A DNA stretch of 64,000 nucleotides from Octopus sinensis (GCF_006345805.1 NC_043014.1:24242001-24306000); one strand, 5' to 3'. Counted from the first letter of the stretch, positions 23,300 to 36,589 are shown. The notes: generated by a model from the sequence alone, not told the origin. Translations and numbers: made by a program.

Positions 23300-24830
23300 A
23301 AATTAGCTGAATTTTTTAGCACATTTTTGCCGTTTTCATTTGGTCATGAACTGTTACATTACACACACATTCACCGACAAAATACAATCTTTTACCCGTA
23401 ACACCATGTACTACTTTTGTAGATTTACTTAATTTCAGCTTACCGATATACTTCCAAGTTTTTTCATTCACAATGGTAATTTCACTTCCAGTGTCTAACT
23501 GCATTCTTACTCTTATATTTTTAATTTTTACAATTACGAATTTTCTCTTTGTTACATTACTATTTTCTTTCGATGACATACTGTTTGTTTTTCTTTTGTT
23601 CCAATGTTTTTTCATCTTGGTTTTTACAATGTGTTTTTATGTGTCCAATTTTTCCACAAGAAAACATTCCACTGTCTTAAATGGGCAGTTTTTTCTCAGG
23701 TGTAGACCTCCACATCCAAAACATGGGTTTGTTTCCTGATTCTTGTCCTGTTTGTACTGTATTTTAGTACACACTTGATTTCTGTTCTGCCTATTTCACA
23801 CTTCTTTCACTTGGAAGCAATCTTTATGTTCAATTGTTTCTGTGTCATGTCTTAAATTTGCTATTCGTTCACACTCTTCTGACACTTGCTGCAAGGTTAC
23901 AGCTTGGTTCTGTTCCAGCTTAGTGAGAATTATTGTTCTTACTTCTGCATCTTTCTCTGCAGTTAGTCCCTGAGTGAATATCAGGCACTTGAACATATCT
24001 GGCACAAATTCATCCAGTTTGAACTTTTCACATTCCCTGTTAACTCAACCAGCATATGTGATGTAGTCCTCCTCGTTGTTCTTTTCTAAGTTCAAACATT
24101 TGCAACGTGTATTGAACAACAGGCATTTCTCACTAAAAACTTTACACAATATGTCTATTGTGTCTTTAAATTTTATGTCAGAAAATTTTTTTGGGTGTAC
24201 GTAATTACTGTAATGCTCATGTTCTCCTGCTGCCAGTTTTCTTAAAATTAAATGCGTTTTCCTATTGTTATCCCAATCTTTGCACTTTTTATTGAAGATT
24301 TGTTTGTATCTTCTATAGTAAGCCTCAAAGGTAACTTCTTCATCTCGTTCATACTCAAACACTGTTATCAAGTTTTCAACATGATCTGGCAAGAACATTT
24401 TTTCAGCTTTTCCTGACGACTTACTATTCATTAATTGCAGCGATTGTTGCTGTAATAGTAATTGTTGTTGTTGTTGCTTCTGCTGTTGTTCTTGCAGTTG
24501 TAGCTGATGCTGTTGTTCTTTCAGTTGCTGTTTTTGCAACTCAAGCAAACAGGACAACAAATTTTCTATAATTTTACAATTTTTTTTTCCTTAAAATTCA
24601 CACAGAAAAAAAACTTTTTTGTGTTTGTCAATTCCACATTACCACAGTTGTATTTCTTAATGTCAGATTGTTATAATGCCACTCTGTTATAGCAGTATAG
24701 TAAGTGAGACAAGTAAGACCATGACTATCTATGACCATCAACTTCATACTCTCTGCCTATATTGACCACCATCACCTTATTTATAGCGACTAGCACATAC
24801 CACTCATTACATGGGAGAGGTGAACCTTTA
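23300..24830 (-). mobile_element. Ty3/Gypsy relic: gag (polyQ N-terminus, CCHC knuckle) and aspartic protease; possible LTR remnant ~24640-24830
   Basis: TFEAYYRRY...KLILRKL, LIFTQGL, PCFGCGGLHLRKNC and QLDTGSEIT in consecutive broken ORFs. Confidence 0.85.
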
Positions 24831-24869
24831 TTACTATTATCCTCACAACATAATGATATGTATATATCT

Positions 24870-25200
24870 GTATAGGTGTTGGCATGACTGTTTGATTAGT
24901 AAGATCACTTTGCCACCATGTGGTTTTGAGTTCAATCCCATTGTGCAGTACCTTGGGCTTGTGTCTTCTAATATAGCCCCAGGCTAACAAATGCCTTGTG
25001 GGTGAATTTGATAGGCAAAATTGTGCATTGTATAAATTTGTGTTTGTCTCCTGTCATTGTTTGACAACTAATATTGGTTTGTTTATGTCCTCTTAGTGGT
25101 ACAGTAAAAAGAGAACTTGTAGAGGAATCAATTTGTTTGGCCCAAACCCTTCAAAGTTATGCCCCAGCATGATTACAGTACAATGACTAAAAATTGTAAA
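24870..25200 (+). mobile_element. Degenerate copy of the tRNA-derived SINE, sense orientation
   Basis: GAGTTCAATCCC B-box, CCTTGGGCTTGTGTCTTCT, GCCTTGTGGGTGAATTTG segments. Confidence 0.65.
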
Positions 25201-25793
25201 AAATGAAAAATATATTTTATATATATATATAAAAATTTGTTTTTGATCAGTTCCTTTGCACATGCTATTTCAGTAGAACACATAAAGAGCTTGCTTGTGA
25301 GTTTGATGCTGACCTGCTTGCACTACTGATAGCTTAACAGACATATAGGATGTATCAATTCATCTTTACTGAAGGATGTCATATCTTTCAGTAACATCTG
25401 TAATTGTGGCCAAGTAATTGGAATATTAATATTGTGTTGCCAAAACAGGCATTTTAAATGGAGTGTTCAGAAAGAAATTACTGAAAACACTGAACCATAA
25501 AACTTTTTTGACAGTTGTTAAAAAGCTGAAAATGAAGTGGTTTTATCACATAACACTATGACATCCTATTGTGGACAAGGAGGAAATTGATGGAAAGCAT
25601 GATGATCAGGAAAAGTGGAGGAAAAGTTTTCCTTTCTTGTTGTGCACTTTTTTTAGGCTACAGGTTTTAATGATTATAATAGTAAGTCCCATTTTTTTAA
25701 AGTGAATTGTTGTAATGTAAATGATTTAGCAAACTCACAAAACTAGAACACTAAACCAAATTTGATTTCTACTGTTCTATTCTCATTTGGCAG

Positions 25794-25932
25794 TTACAAA
25801 AGAGAGTTTGGCTTTGTACTTGATAACCGTCCCATCATTATTGATGACATCAGAGTTAGAGGAACAGGATGTAGTATGACCGAGTACTGTCCACAACTCA
25901 GCAATGGGAGTGACAAACCAAAGCCTATGAAA
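25794..25932 (+). CDS. OPLAH: OPLAH exon 5, YKREFGFVLDNRPIIIDDIRVRGTG...KPKPMK
   Basis: cag acceptor, GTAAGC donor at 25933; 139 nt. Confidence 0.95.
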
Positions 25933-25944
25933 GTAAGCAGTTTC

Positions 25945-26340
25945 TTTTGTATCATCATCATTCATTTGTCATCATTATTTACTCATTTGCCTTCATTGCT
26001 TGTCTTCATCATTCTTTCATATGCTTCATTATTCATTCATATTCTTCATCAATCATTCATATTTTTCAGTCATTCATCATCATTGTTCATTTGTCCTTAT
26101 CATTCAGTTGTCTCCATTTTTCTCCTTTGTTCATTCTTCTTCCTTATTTGTTGATCCATCTTCATTTATTTGTTTTCTTCAATTATTTATCATCTTCATT
26201 CCTTTTCATTTTCATTATTCATCTTCTTCACCATAAATTTGTTTTTTACCACAGTCTGATCATGTTTGCCTTCATCCTTATTCATGTATTTGTTTATTAA
26301 TTTTTACCCTCATTGGTCCATTCATTCATTATTGGTGTCT
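25945..26340. repeat. Low-complexity (TTCA/TCA)-rich tract downstream of exon 5
   Basis: Direct reading. Confidence 0.8.
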
Positions 26341-26454
26341 TGTTAAGTCTCTAATATTTGTGTATGAATGTCCTGCTAATTACACTTAAACTAAAGAAGG
26401 AAATAAATGAAACCTTAAGATAACTCATTTGATTAACGGATACAAGATGTTGTT

Positions 26455-26900
26455 AGTGAAGGCATGTGACTTACTGGTTTGTGTATTCAGCTCGTGATCA
26501 TAAGGCCATGAGTTCAATTCCTGGAGGTGTGTTGTGTCCTTGAGCAAGACACTTTATTTAACATTTCTCCAGTCCACTTGGCTGGCAAAAGTGAATTGTA
26601 TCTGTTGTTCAGTGAGCCAACCATGTCACATTTGGTGTGTCATGCTGAATCTTCCTAAAAACTATGTTACGAGTGTATCTGTGGAATGCTTAGCCACTTT
26701 CACATTAATTTCATGAGCAAGCTGTTCCATTGATTGAATCAACTGGAACACACATTGTAACCAACAGAGTGCCCAAGTCAATTTGTACTCAAGAGACACA
26801 GTAGTTGGCAGTTGTATGGTTCTTTGCCCCCTTGCAGTGGTGAATGCACATCCCATAGTATTTATCCATTTAAACTGAGTCATTGAGAGTTAAATGTCTT
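26455..26900 (+). mobile_element. Second tRNA-derived SINE family, degenerate
   Basis: GAGTTCAATTCC B-box followed by GTGTCCTTGAGCAAGACACTT, a motif typical of core-domain SINEs. Confidence 0.6.
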
Positions 26901-27811
26901 TGCCATGAGCCAGTGAAATTATATGAATCATCAATCTGTCAGCTGAAGGGCCCCATACCTCTTTTCAATTCATTTATCTGCAATTCTCATACTTGAATAA
27001 ATGTTTACTAAAATGGATTACATCTTCTATATTGAATCTGATGGCCATTATCAACTCTTCAATTGATTTACTCCTGAACCACACACATTGTAGTTGATAG
27101 CCCTCATACCACAACTCACAATCCTTTTGAAAGGAAACCATACAAATGAGGCATATGACAGTCCATTATGAGGCATGTGACAGTCCATAAGACATTGTAA
27201 ACACATAATTTATTTTAGTTTTAATGGTTTAGAGAGGAGGAAGAAGTTGTATCCATGATCTTTGCATATTTTCAGTAAATTGAGAATATGAGTATGATTG
27301 TTTAATTAAAGAATTCCCTAAAGTGATTCTGCAAATAGAACTGGGTTTTCAGCATACAAAAATTCCTGGTGGCTTCCAGTTTTGAATTTCTGCCTGATTC
27401 ATTTCCAAGAATTAGTGGGAGGAGATGATAGTTAAGAACTAAACTATGTACTGAATTGTAAATTCACTTGACAAAGTATTTGAAGTAGCATACTTGATGT
27501 TCAATGTTGAAATCTTGCAGTAAAGTATTTTTTTTAAATGCATTAGTTTACTCTATTTCCAGTTTAATGAGTCAAATCCTAATGGATATATTGTCAATAA
27601 TAGGGTTCAGATTGCCTTTCATTCTAATTTCTTATTCCAACACAAGGCTACAAATTTTGTAAGAGATGTATAGTCAATTATATAAAGTCCAGAAGGATGA
27701 AAGGCAAAATAAACTCTGCTGAAAACATAAAGGAACATAACTAAATACTGCAGGGCAGAAATGAAAATGAATGCAAGACAATCACTGATGCTTTCTTTCT
27801 TTCTTGGACAG

Positions 27812-27924
27812 TGCGTTCCATGTTATTTTGAAGGTGGCTATCGTCAAACCAATGTCTACCTACTAGATACACTCAAGTCTGGACATCAGCTTGAAGGACC
27901 TGTTATAATTATTGATAAAAATAG
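27812..27924 (+). CDS. OPLAH: OPLAH exon 6, [18 protein letters not shown]...GPVIIIDKN
   Basis: cag acceptor, GTAAGT donor at 27925; 113 nt. Confidence 0.95.
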
Positions 27925-30242
27925 GTAAGTATTCATTTAACTGTTAGAAATGCTTTTGTTCATTCTAGTTAATTCAATCTATTATTTGTAAATCTATCCC
28001 ACCCATTACGTTTTAATTTTTGTTTTTTAACTGCCCAATTTAAGTTAAACTCTTAAATGTTAAATCAGTATACTTTATTTCACTTTTTATTCCCATGAAA
28101 TAAAGCAAACTTTACCTTCTTGTTTCATCTGGAAGTACCTTTGGCCTTCCCATGCCCTCCAAAGACCAGGGAACTTAATACAGTTAATTTCCTCTTAAGC
28201 AGCTGATGGCTGTAGAAAAAAAAAGACATGGGCAGAAACCAAAATAATAATTTTCTGGGATACTACACTGTAGTATTAGTAGAAAAGACACAAGGAGAAC
28301 TCAGCACATCAGTGAATCAGAAAGGAGAGTTTGCTGGCAAGTAACTTCATGTCATTAGTCGGGTACCCACTCACTTTGGCAGGCATAATTCAGGATGTCT
28401 TTATGTGTAGCAGTAGCACCATCTCAGATGTGGGAGCAATACTCCATGGCAGGTCTTAGCTGAATTTTGTAGAGAGTTGTAGTTGTTGGAGTTCTGAAGA
28501 TGTAGGTCAGTCTTTAATGTAGCTTTTGTTATGCAGAAGATATATGTTTACATGGAGAAATACTCAGTGACAGTAAAACGTAGCATGTCCAGTAACTTTC
28601 ATGGTTCTATTTGAATGCTATTCATGTTCAGAGGGTAGTATTATGATTGTGTGTTGTCAGAGCTAAAACTGAAGCTGGAAGATTGCTTTGATGGGGATAG
28701 GGATTGCCAAGTAAAAAATTTAATGTGAGAGGGTGTGAAGCCAAAGAAGCAAACTGATATAGAAGACAAGTTGAAAAGTTTCACAGAAATGCAGGTAGAA
28801 ACATCCTTCAAACAACCATAAAAAGAGATAATAGTGATAAAATATTGTAGGAAAATGTTGGTAAACAGTTACATACAGTCACAAATACATGCAGACAGGA
28901 GTTATATGACTTTATTTGTTGATATATTTCACTGATCTTGCAAAACCTGTACCTTCATTTACACAATGGTTTGTATACATATTTGATCAACTAATCATTG
29001 GAGGTCACCTTGCAAACTTTTCTCATCAGAGCTCAAAAGTTGCCGTGTTATAGTTTTCAAAAACTGTTATAAATGTAATTGCTTAGGTTGAAGAAGTGAA
29101 CAGGATATGTATAATATAACTTTTTATTAGTTCCAATCTGTATGCGAAGTTCAAGGGCGGTGAGGTCAAAATGTTACCAATTGTTGGTGTCTGTGAGGAG
29201 GCTGTAGAAAAGTTTGATTAGTATTTAATGTCAGTCCATGGCAGGGATGGATTAGTGCAATAAAACATTTAAGTGCTAAGTAACTTTTTATGAGGATACA
29301 ATCTGACAATTCACTATGTCATTTATATCTAGAAAATTCAGTTAAAACTAAATTAAATTGTGTGAAATAGTAAACTAAATTATATTTGGTGCAATACTTT
29401 GGGAATTGAATTTTAAAAAACTAAAGTTATTTTAGTAAAAATTTGTAACCAATATTAAATGTTCAGAAGGAAGAGGAAGAATTAATTTATTTATACTCAA
29501 GTTAGTTAAGAAAAGATTCTCTTTTGCATTATAATAGTGAGTAAATTAAGAAGGTAAAATAATTGTTAATAACATAACTTAGGTATAGAGTTTATTTCCC
29601 TTTCCTTACATCCATGCAAGTTAACTTGGATCTTGGTTTGGAAATTTCAAGAATGTTTTACTAAATGAATGAGAACGAATCAAAATTTGATTTTTCCAAA
29701 TAGAAATGGTGCAGCAAATTATCAGATTGTATATTCTTTGAAAAAGTTACTTAACACTTTTTTTTATCACAATACATCCCTACAATGGACTACCATAAAA
29801 TAAAGACATCAAATACTAATTAAACTTCTCTACAGCTCCTTCTCACTGACTTCTATGCATTGACATTTGTCATCACTGACCATGAACTCTAGATGTAGAT
29901 AACAACTAAGAGATTGTAATATGATATGTACATTGTCTGCTTCCTCAACCTAAACAACTATGTTCACAGCAGTATTTAAGAAATCTACCAGAGTGAATTT
30001 TGAGCTCTTGTGAGAAAAGTTTGCAAGATAACTGTTCCATTGTTTAATGAAGTTATGGTTATACAAGCTTTGTGAAACATGTCAGCAAATAGTCATACAA
30101 CTCTTCATTCTTCCTGTTTATTATTAAACTGTGTGATTAATGTACCATTCAGATTTAAAGTTTGTACATGTCACAAGATATATCTAACCCACATGGAGTA
30201 CTTGCTAAGGTATTCACTCGGATTTCTTTAATCCATTCCTTC

Positions 30243-30282
<40 letters not shown>

Positions 30283-30507
30283 ATAATACAAAATAAGAAA
30301 ATGGAGAAATACATCTAAATCATTTATCAACTACCAGATATATATCATATACTTTATTAAACCACTACATAAGAACATTAGGGTTAAACATAAAAATATA
30401 TAACAAAACAGCGTACATGAATGAGTAATACAATACAATAAGTACAATCATTATAAGAGGGTATAAATAAATAAATATAAATAGATATAAATATAAATAT
30501 ACACTAT

Positions 30508-30634
30508 ATCTTACAGCTGTTTCGGCCATGCAGATAAATATGTTTCATTTTACCTATATTAGCCATGTATAGTATGACAATATGAAGTTAAAAATGAGAC
30601 ATTTACAAAGATATCTTAAGGCCTCTTTGGAGAT
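30508..30634 (-). ncRNA. Decayed type I hammerhead-like motif in the PLE terminal region
   Basis: - strand: ATCT-CCAAAGA-GGCC-[92 nt]-GGCC-GAAA-CAGCTG-TA-AGAT; core differs from CUGANGA at two positions. Confidence 0.5.
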
Positions 30635-30755
30635 TCTAAAGTATAAACCAAATTACATATATACTCATATAAGTGTGGGTACATACCCATAATAAATCAT
30701 TTACATATATATATGAGTGCATATACTCATACTCTTATACATACACATATACATA

Positions 30756-31157
30756 TCTTTTATCTTTTATCTTTTATTTGTTTCAGTCATTTGACTGCGG
30801 CCATGCTGGAGCACCGCCTTTAGTCGAGCAAATCGACCCCGGGACTTATTCTTTGTAAGCCCAGTACTTATTCTATCGGTCTCTTTTGCCGAACCGCTAA
30901 GTGACCGGGACGTAAACACACCAGCATCGGTTGTCAAGCAATGCTAGGAGGACAAACACACAAACACACACACACATATATATATATACATATATACGAC
31001 AGGCTTCTTTCAGTTTCCGTCTACCAAATCCACTCACAAGGCATTGGTCGGCCCGGGGCTATAGCAGAAGACACTTGCCCAAGATGCCACACTGGGACTG
31101 AACCCGGAGCCATGTAGTTGGTTAGCAAGCTACTTACCACACAGCCACTCCTGCGCC
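30756..31157 (-). mobile_element. Young full-length tRNA-derived SINE with (TAAAAGA)n tail
   Basis: A/B boxes, CpG-rich, near-identical to the 14045 copy. Confidence 0.9.
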
Positions 31158-32465
31158 TATATACATAATAATACAAATAATATAAATCAATAAAATATAT
31201 ATATGTTCCATATTCAATGTTTTTCAACTTAATATTAAGATATTACAACGTAGAGAACATAGACATATTCATACTTCAATGCAGATATATAGAGTCAGTA
31301 TTACCTTATATTAATTTACAAAAAGTCATTAATGTTAACATCAATACTGTTATCAATATCATTAATGCTACCAATATCATTGTTCTTATTTCCAATAACA
31401 TTAATACTAATAAAACAATACATATATCACATAATTAGCAATATAGTAGCAAAACTAGGGACCAACATAATACCACAGTATTATGCAAGGCATTAAATAT
31501 TTGCACATACATACAAAAAGCAGTCAAGTCAATCAGTTTACATGGTGTTAATTTCCACAGATGTATGTGGATTAATAATTTCTATTGTGACACTAATATA
31601 TTATTAATTTCCAAAATAGTTATGAAACGAATGCCGGAATTTGATTGGCTTATACTTTTAAATTTAAATTACAATTGTTTTTTACGGTTGGTTAGTTAAG
31701 AAACATCCACATGCACACACTTGCAAACGTGCGCACATACGCACCCCATATGCAATGCAGATAAAAACAGATATAGTTGGAAATATACATAATTTATTAT
31801 ATAGGCACTTTGTTAGGGGTGGAAATAAATTTGGTCAAATAATTAACAATAGAACTGTTAGAATAAGATATAGCATTACGCATAATTTAGCCACTATCAT
31901 CTCATTTAATAACAGGAAATTGGATGGCTTCTATAATGATAGAAAGATGAATTTGGGTAATAGTAATTTGCCTCTCTATAATCGTAGAGGCAATAAATCT
32001 TTTAGAACTAACGTGAACAACCCTCTTAATAATTATGATAGTACCATACCTGTAAAGAAAAATCCAAATTTAATTGATGATACCACTATCAGCAATACTA
32101 TTCCTATGGATAAGAATATCACCAATAATATTAAACATAAACACTCGTTAACTGTAAGATTAGATAGCAAAAATAATTATAATACTATTAATAGGAATAG
32201 AGTTACAGGGAATTTTGCCAAGGTTAAACTACCTCAATCTGTTGATAACTGCAATTTCAGAAATAGGAATCAATGTGTGTTTGGTAATGAATGCCTCAAG
32301 AAAGAGGTAGTTTATCATTGCACTGTAGATACACAATATAGCAGTAGGGTATACATCGGTGCAACTAAGAATAGCATAAAACAAAGACTAAACTACCATA
32401 GATATACTTTTAAAAATAAAAATAGGATGTATTCCACGGGGTTAAGTACATATATTTGGGAACTC

Positions 32466-32918
32466 AAATGAATAAGATTAGATAAGATAGACAGATAGAG
32501 AAATTTGATAAAATTATGAATGGTCAGTAAAGAATTGAAAATAGCAATTCAAAGTAGCAATTCAACACCTATCTTGCTCGCGCTCGGAAATTCACAGCTT
32601 GTAGATGAGAGAGAGAGAGAGATAGCACATGTGTATTAGAGAGGAAAGGCTTCAAGATGGCGCGAAGATACGAATGTTGATTAATACGAGGAGAAATGAA
32701 ATGAAATGAATAAGATTAGATAAGATAGACAGATAGAGAAATTTGATAAAATTATGAATGGTCAGTAAAGAATTGAAAATAGCAATTCAAAGTAGCAATT
32801 CAACACCTATCTTGCTCGCGCTCGGAAATTCACAGCTTGTTGATGAGAGAGAGAGAGAGAGATAGCACATGTGTATTAGAGAGGAAAGGCTTCAAGATGG
32901 CGTGAAGATACGAATGTT
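32466..32918. repeat. Near-identical tandem duplication (~213-bp unit, period 238-240)
   Basis: Units at 32466-32678 and 32704-32918 differ by two substitutions and GA-repeat length. Confidence 0.95.
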
Positions 32919-33299
32919 ATATTTATATATATTTATATTTATTTATTTATACCCTCTTATAATGATTGTACTTATTGTATTGTATTACTCATTCATGTAC
33001 GCTGTTTTGTTATATATTTTTATGTTTAACCCTAATGTTCTTATGTAGTGGTTTAATAAAGTATATGATTGGGTATTATCTGGTAGTTGATAAATGATTT
33101 AGATGTATTTCTCCATTTTCTTATTTTGAATTATTAATTTATGGTAAAAATAATTTTACTTTTGCCCATGTAATACAGTAAATGAATTAATTGCATCGCA
33201 ATTCTTAACATTTATGTATTAACTTTGTTGTGTACTTCACTAGCAGTATATTGGATATATGTTATCTCATGGAGGGTTGAATTTGCAACCCCTATCTCA

Positions 33300-34300
33300 A
33301 TTTGTATATATATATTTATATATTTGATAATAATAAACTGATAATTCCCTTGAATACTCATACTGTTAATAATCCACGTAATATTTGTAATAGAAAAAAT
33401 AAACTATATACCTCTTCCATGAATTTTACTATATCTAAAATAGATTATAAACTCTCTAAAAATAATTATGACGAGTCTAATATGATTTGGCTTATCATTC
33501 CATATGCTATGCAAATTGAAAATAATTTAAATCTATATACAAGTCTATTTATAAGCATTTTAACAACAATAATAAATAAGGTGAAATTATTAATTATAAA
33601 TATGTCAGAGTTAGTTTTAATTTAACTCGTAACTTGTTCATGATTATATCATCTATTAATAACAAAAAATTACATAATTTCTACAGTAATAAAAATATGC
33701 AATACAATAATTCACATCAATACCAACTTAATCTCCCAAACACAAATAATAATGTTAATGGTCTTAATGATAGAAGGAAAATAACACATATTATCTCCCT
33801 TTCTAATAATATTTCAAATAAATCTATACATAAAGATGTAAAGAAACTTGCGACTGTTAATTTAAAATTAAATGTAAATTTTGAAATCTATATAAGAAAG
33901 ATAACTTAGTGTACCAATGTATAGTTGAATCTCAAGGAAAGAAATTCAATTATATAGGGTCAAAAGAAAATAGAATTAAGATTAAGGTGGTTAACCATTT
34001 ACAGAGCTTTAAAAATAGACAAAAAATAAATTCTACCAGATGAAGTAAGTTCATATAGGAATTAAAGGATAACAACATTGAATTTAATATCAAATGGGAG
34101 ATTATTAGTTTTGCAAAGTCATATAAAATCGCTAACAAAATATGTGAGTTGTGTACTGAAGAAGCATATAAAATCCTTACATCTAGAAAATATTTACTTT
34201 AAAAAAAAAGAAAAAAATGTATCTTGTCTTCATTCAGGGAAATATGTTTTCTCTAAGTATAATTAAACTTTATACACATAATATAGGGTAATATTGAACT
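33300..34300 (+). mobile_element. Older Penelope-like linker plus GIY-YIG fragment
   Basis: IWLIIPYAMQI linker, Asn-rich stretch, YQCIVE...NYIGS, IKWEII...CELCTEEA. Confidence 0.7.
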
Positions 34301-34900
34301 ATATAATATAATATTCATATAATATACTCTAATATTTAAGAGACATATTACCTATTGATATGACAGGCTAGCTTTATTGAAAATGCTTTGTAACTATCTC
34401 TATAAACACTGAGATAATTATTATTGATTATACCACTTATGATACATAATATTTTTGACCTTATTACCTTAAATTAACAACTAGTATTCTAACAATATCC
34501 TAAATACTAATTAATAATAATTATTAATTAATTTACTGAGATTAACTTAATCACTACATATTGAATATATTTTGTGACTATTTCTATTAACACTAATTGA
34601 GATGACATAATGTAACAAATTCCTATCTTTAACTAATACAACAGTCTTTTTATACTTATACTTAACTAAATATTTAGAACTTTTACCTAGCAATACATAT
34701 TTTCAACCTATTACATTAATATTAATTTTAAACTATAATTAACAATACTTCTTAATTAAATAATATATAAGAACTAAATTCTCATATATTGATAATATCC
34801 AAAATTCTTTCTATAAACTACATTTGTGATGACGTAATGCACAAGATCTCTGTCTATCGAGAATGTAAAAAAATAGTATATATTCATCATACAGATTATA

Positions 34901-35420
34901 TCTCTCTCTATATAAATGGCAGTTTGTCTGTCTGTGTGTCTGTCAGGTTGTACCCTCACCCTGACCACAGCTTTCAACCGATTCTGATGAAACTTGACAC
35001 ACACATAACCCAATGTCATAATTCAAAACTAACGCAGCGAAAATTTTGAAAAGTTCCCCCAGTTCTGAAAAAAATCGATAAATTCGACATGGGGTCAAGA
35101 ATCTAAGCTTTTTATATGCAACACATTTTCTGTTGTAGTTTTTGCAACTTGCAATCGATTTTCACCAAACTCATGGTGAAGCTTAATGTTACTCTAAGAA
35201 ACTTAATTCTAACGTTAGTTTTCCATGCAATACCTTACCATCAGAAAAAATCGATAAAATCATGCCATTTTGGGAAATCGCGTTCAAATTCAAGATGACA
35301 TATTTTCGACAATATCTTTCACAAATTGGCAGGAAATTAGAGGGAAAGGACTAGATTGGGATTAGTCGTTGCCTACTAGGGACTCCTACATACCCGGGCA
35401 ACGCCAGGCTATGCTGCTAC
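34901..35420 (+). mobile_element. Non-autonomous Helitron
   Basis: A|TCTCTCTCTATATAAATGGC start, similar to the 240 copy; CCCGGGC-AAC-GCCAGG hairpin then CTAC|T (degenerate CTAG). Confidence 0.7.
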
Positions 35421-35756
35421 TGGTAGATAAACACCTATGCTTTATGTAGAAATCAGTTTATGTAAGTGTATTTAATAGAAGCATTAATTAAATCACACTA
35501 AAATATAAACAAATACTATCAAATTGGAGGTTATAATGCATATATATGTGTATAATTATATGCCTTATATACATACTTATGTGTATTTATGTATGCACAT
35601 GTGTATGTATACATGCATATATATTTCACAAACCAACTTTCTCATCTATATATAGAGAAAAATAAAAAAATTTTTTTGTTGTTTTTGTAAAATCTCAGAA
35701 AATAATTAAAAATTCACATTTTTTATATATATATATATATATCATATATATATATA

Positions 35757-36240
35757 TCATCATCATCATCATTGTTTAATGTCCAAGCCAGCGGTTGCAC
35801 CAGACTACAATCTGATCTGGCAATGTTTCTACAGGTAGATGCCCTTCCTAACCCCAACCACTCCAAGAGTGTAGTGAGTGCTTTTTACATGCCACCAGCA
35901 CAGGAGCCAGTCAGGCGGGCCTGTCATCAATCACATTTGGATAGTGCTTTTTACGTGCCACCAGCATGGGAGCCAGTTAGGGGGTACTGGTATTGGCCAT
36001 GTTTGGATGGTGCTTTTTACATGCCACTGGCACAGGTCCCAGTCAGGCAGACCTGGCATCAGCCACATTTGGATGGTGCTTTTTACGTGTCACTGACACA
36101 GGAGCCAGTCAGAGGACACTGGCATCAACCACATTCAGATGATGCATTTTACATGCTACCAGAACAGGAGCCAGTCAGGGAGCACTGGCCACAGCTACGA
36201 TTTTGGTTTTACTTGACTCAACAGGTCTTCTCAAGCATAT
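35757..36240 (-). mobile_element. RTE 3'UTR fragment with about six hairpin-repeat units
   Basis: (CAT)n tail and repeated GTGCTTTTTACRTGCCAC units. Confidence 0.85.
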
Positions 36241-36410
36241 CCGTGGAATAAGCTGCCAGACGAGATGGTGAAGCTGCCAGACGAGATGGTGAAGATGCTG
36301 ACGACCGCTCGGTTCAAAGTCTCCCTTGACCTCAAGTGGCCTGAACTCTTTACATGAACACCACCCTGTACACTCCATGTTCCCCTACATGGCCTTGCTT
36401 TTTGCTTTTT
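36241..36410 (+). mobile_element. Short CR1-group 3'-end fragment with a 21-bp tandem duplication
   Basis: Translates PWNKLPDEMVK(LPDEMVK)...RFKVSLDLKWPELFT*. Confidence 0.65.
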
Positions 36411-36589
36411 GAGCCAAAAATTAACTAACTAACATATCATATTGCCTGACATATTAAGGGTACTCTTAAATGGGCCGGACATGCAACACTGGTATCAGCC
36501 ATGGCTGCGATCTCACTTTAGTTGCTGGGTCTTCTCAATCACAGTATATTTCCAAAGGTCTTGGTCTCCTGTCATTGTCTCTGAGAGCT

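Larger units (their letters stand above)
30280..33137 (+). mobile_element. Penelope-like element remnant bounded by ~216-bp inverted arms, with GIY-YIG ORF 31755-32471
   Basis: Arms 30280-30495 and 32918-33137; ORF contains C..RN..C..GNECL, VVYHC and VYIGAT...QRLNYH (GIY-YIG). Confidence 0.82.

Noticed and set aside
24045-24560. PolyQ-containing 171-aa ORF as a host gene
   Set aside because: It is colinear with zinc-knuckle and LDTGS protease remnants, so it is Gypsy gag.
25947-26300. Hydrophobic His/Phe/Ile-rich ORFs
   Set aside because: Low-complexity TTCA repeat in intron 5.
28100-29400. Faint LINE-like coding remnants
   Set aside because: No motif could be read with confidence.
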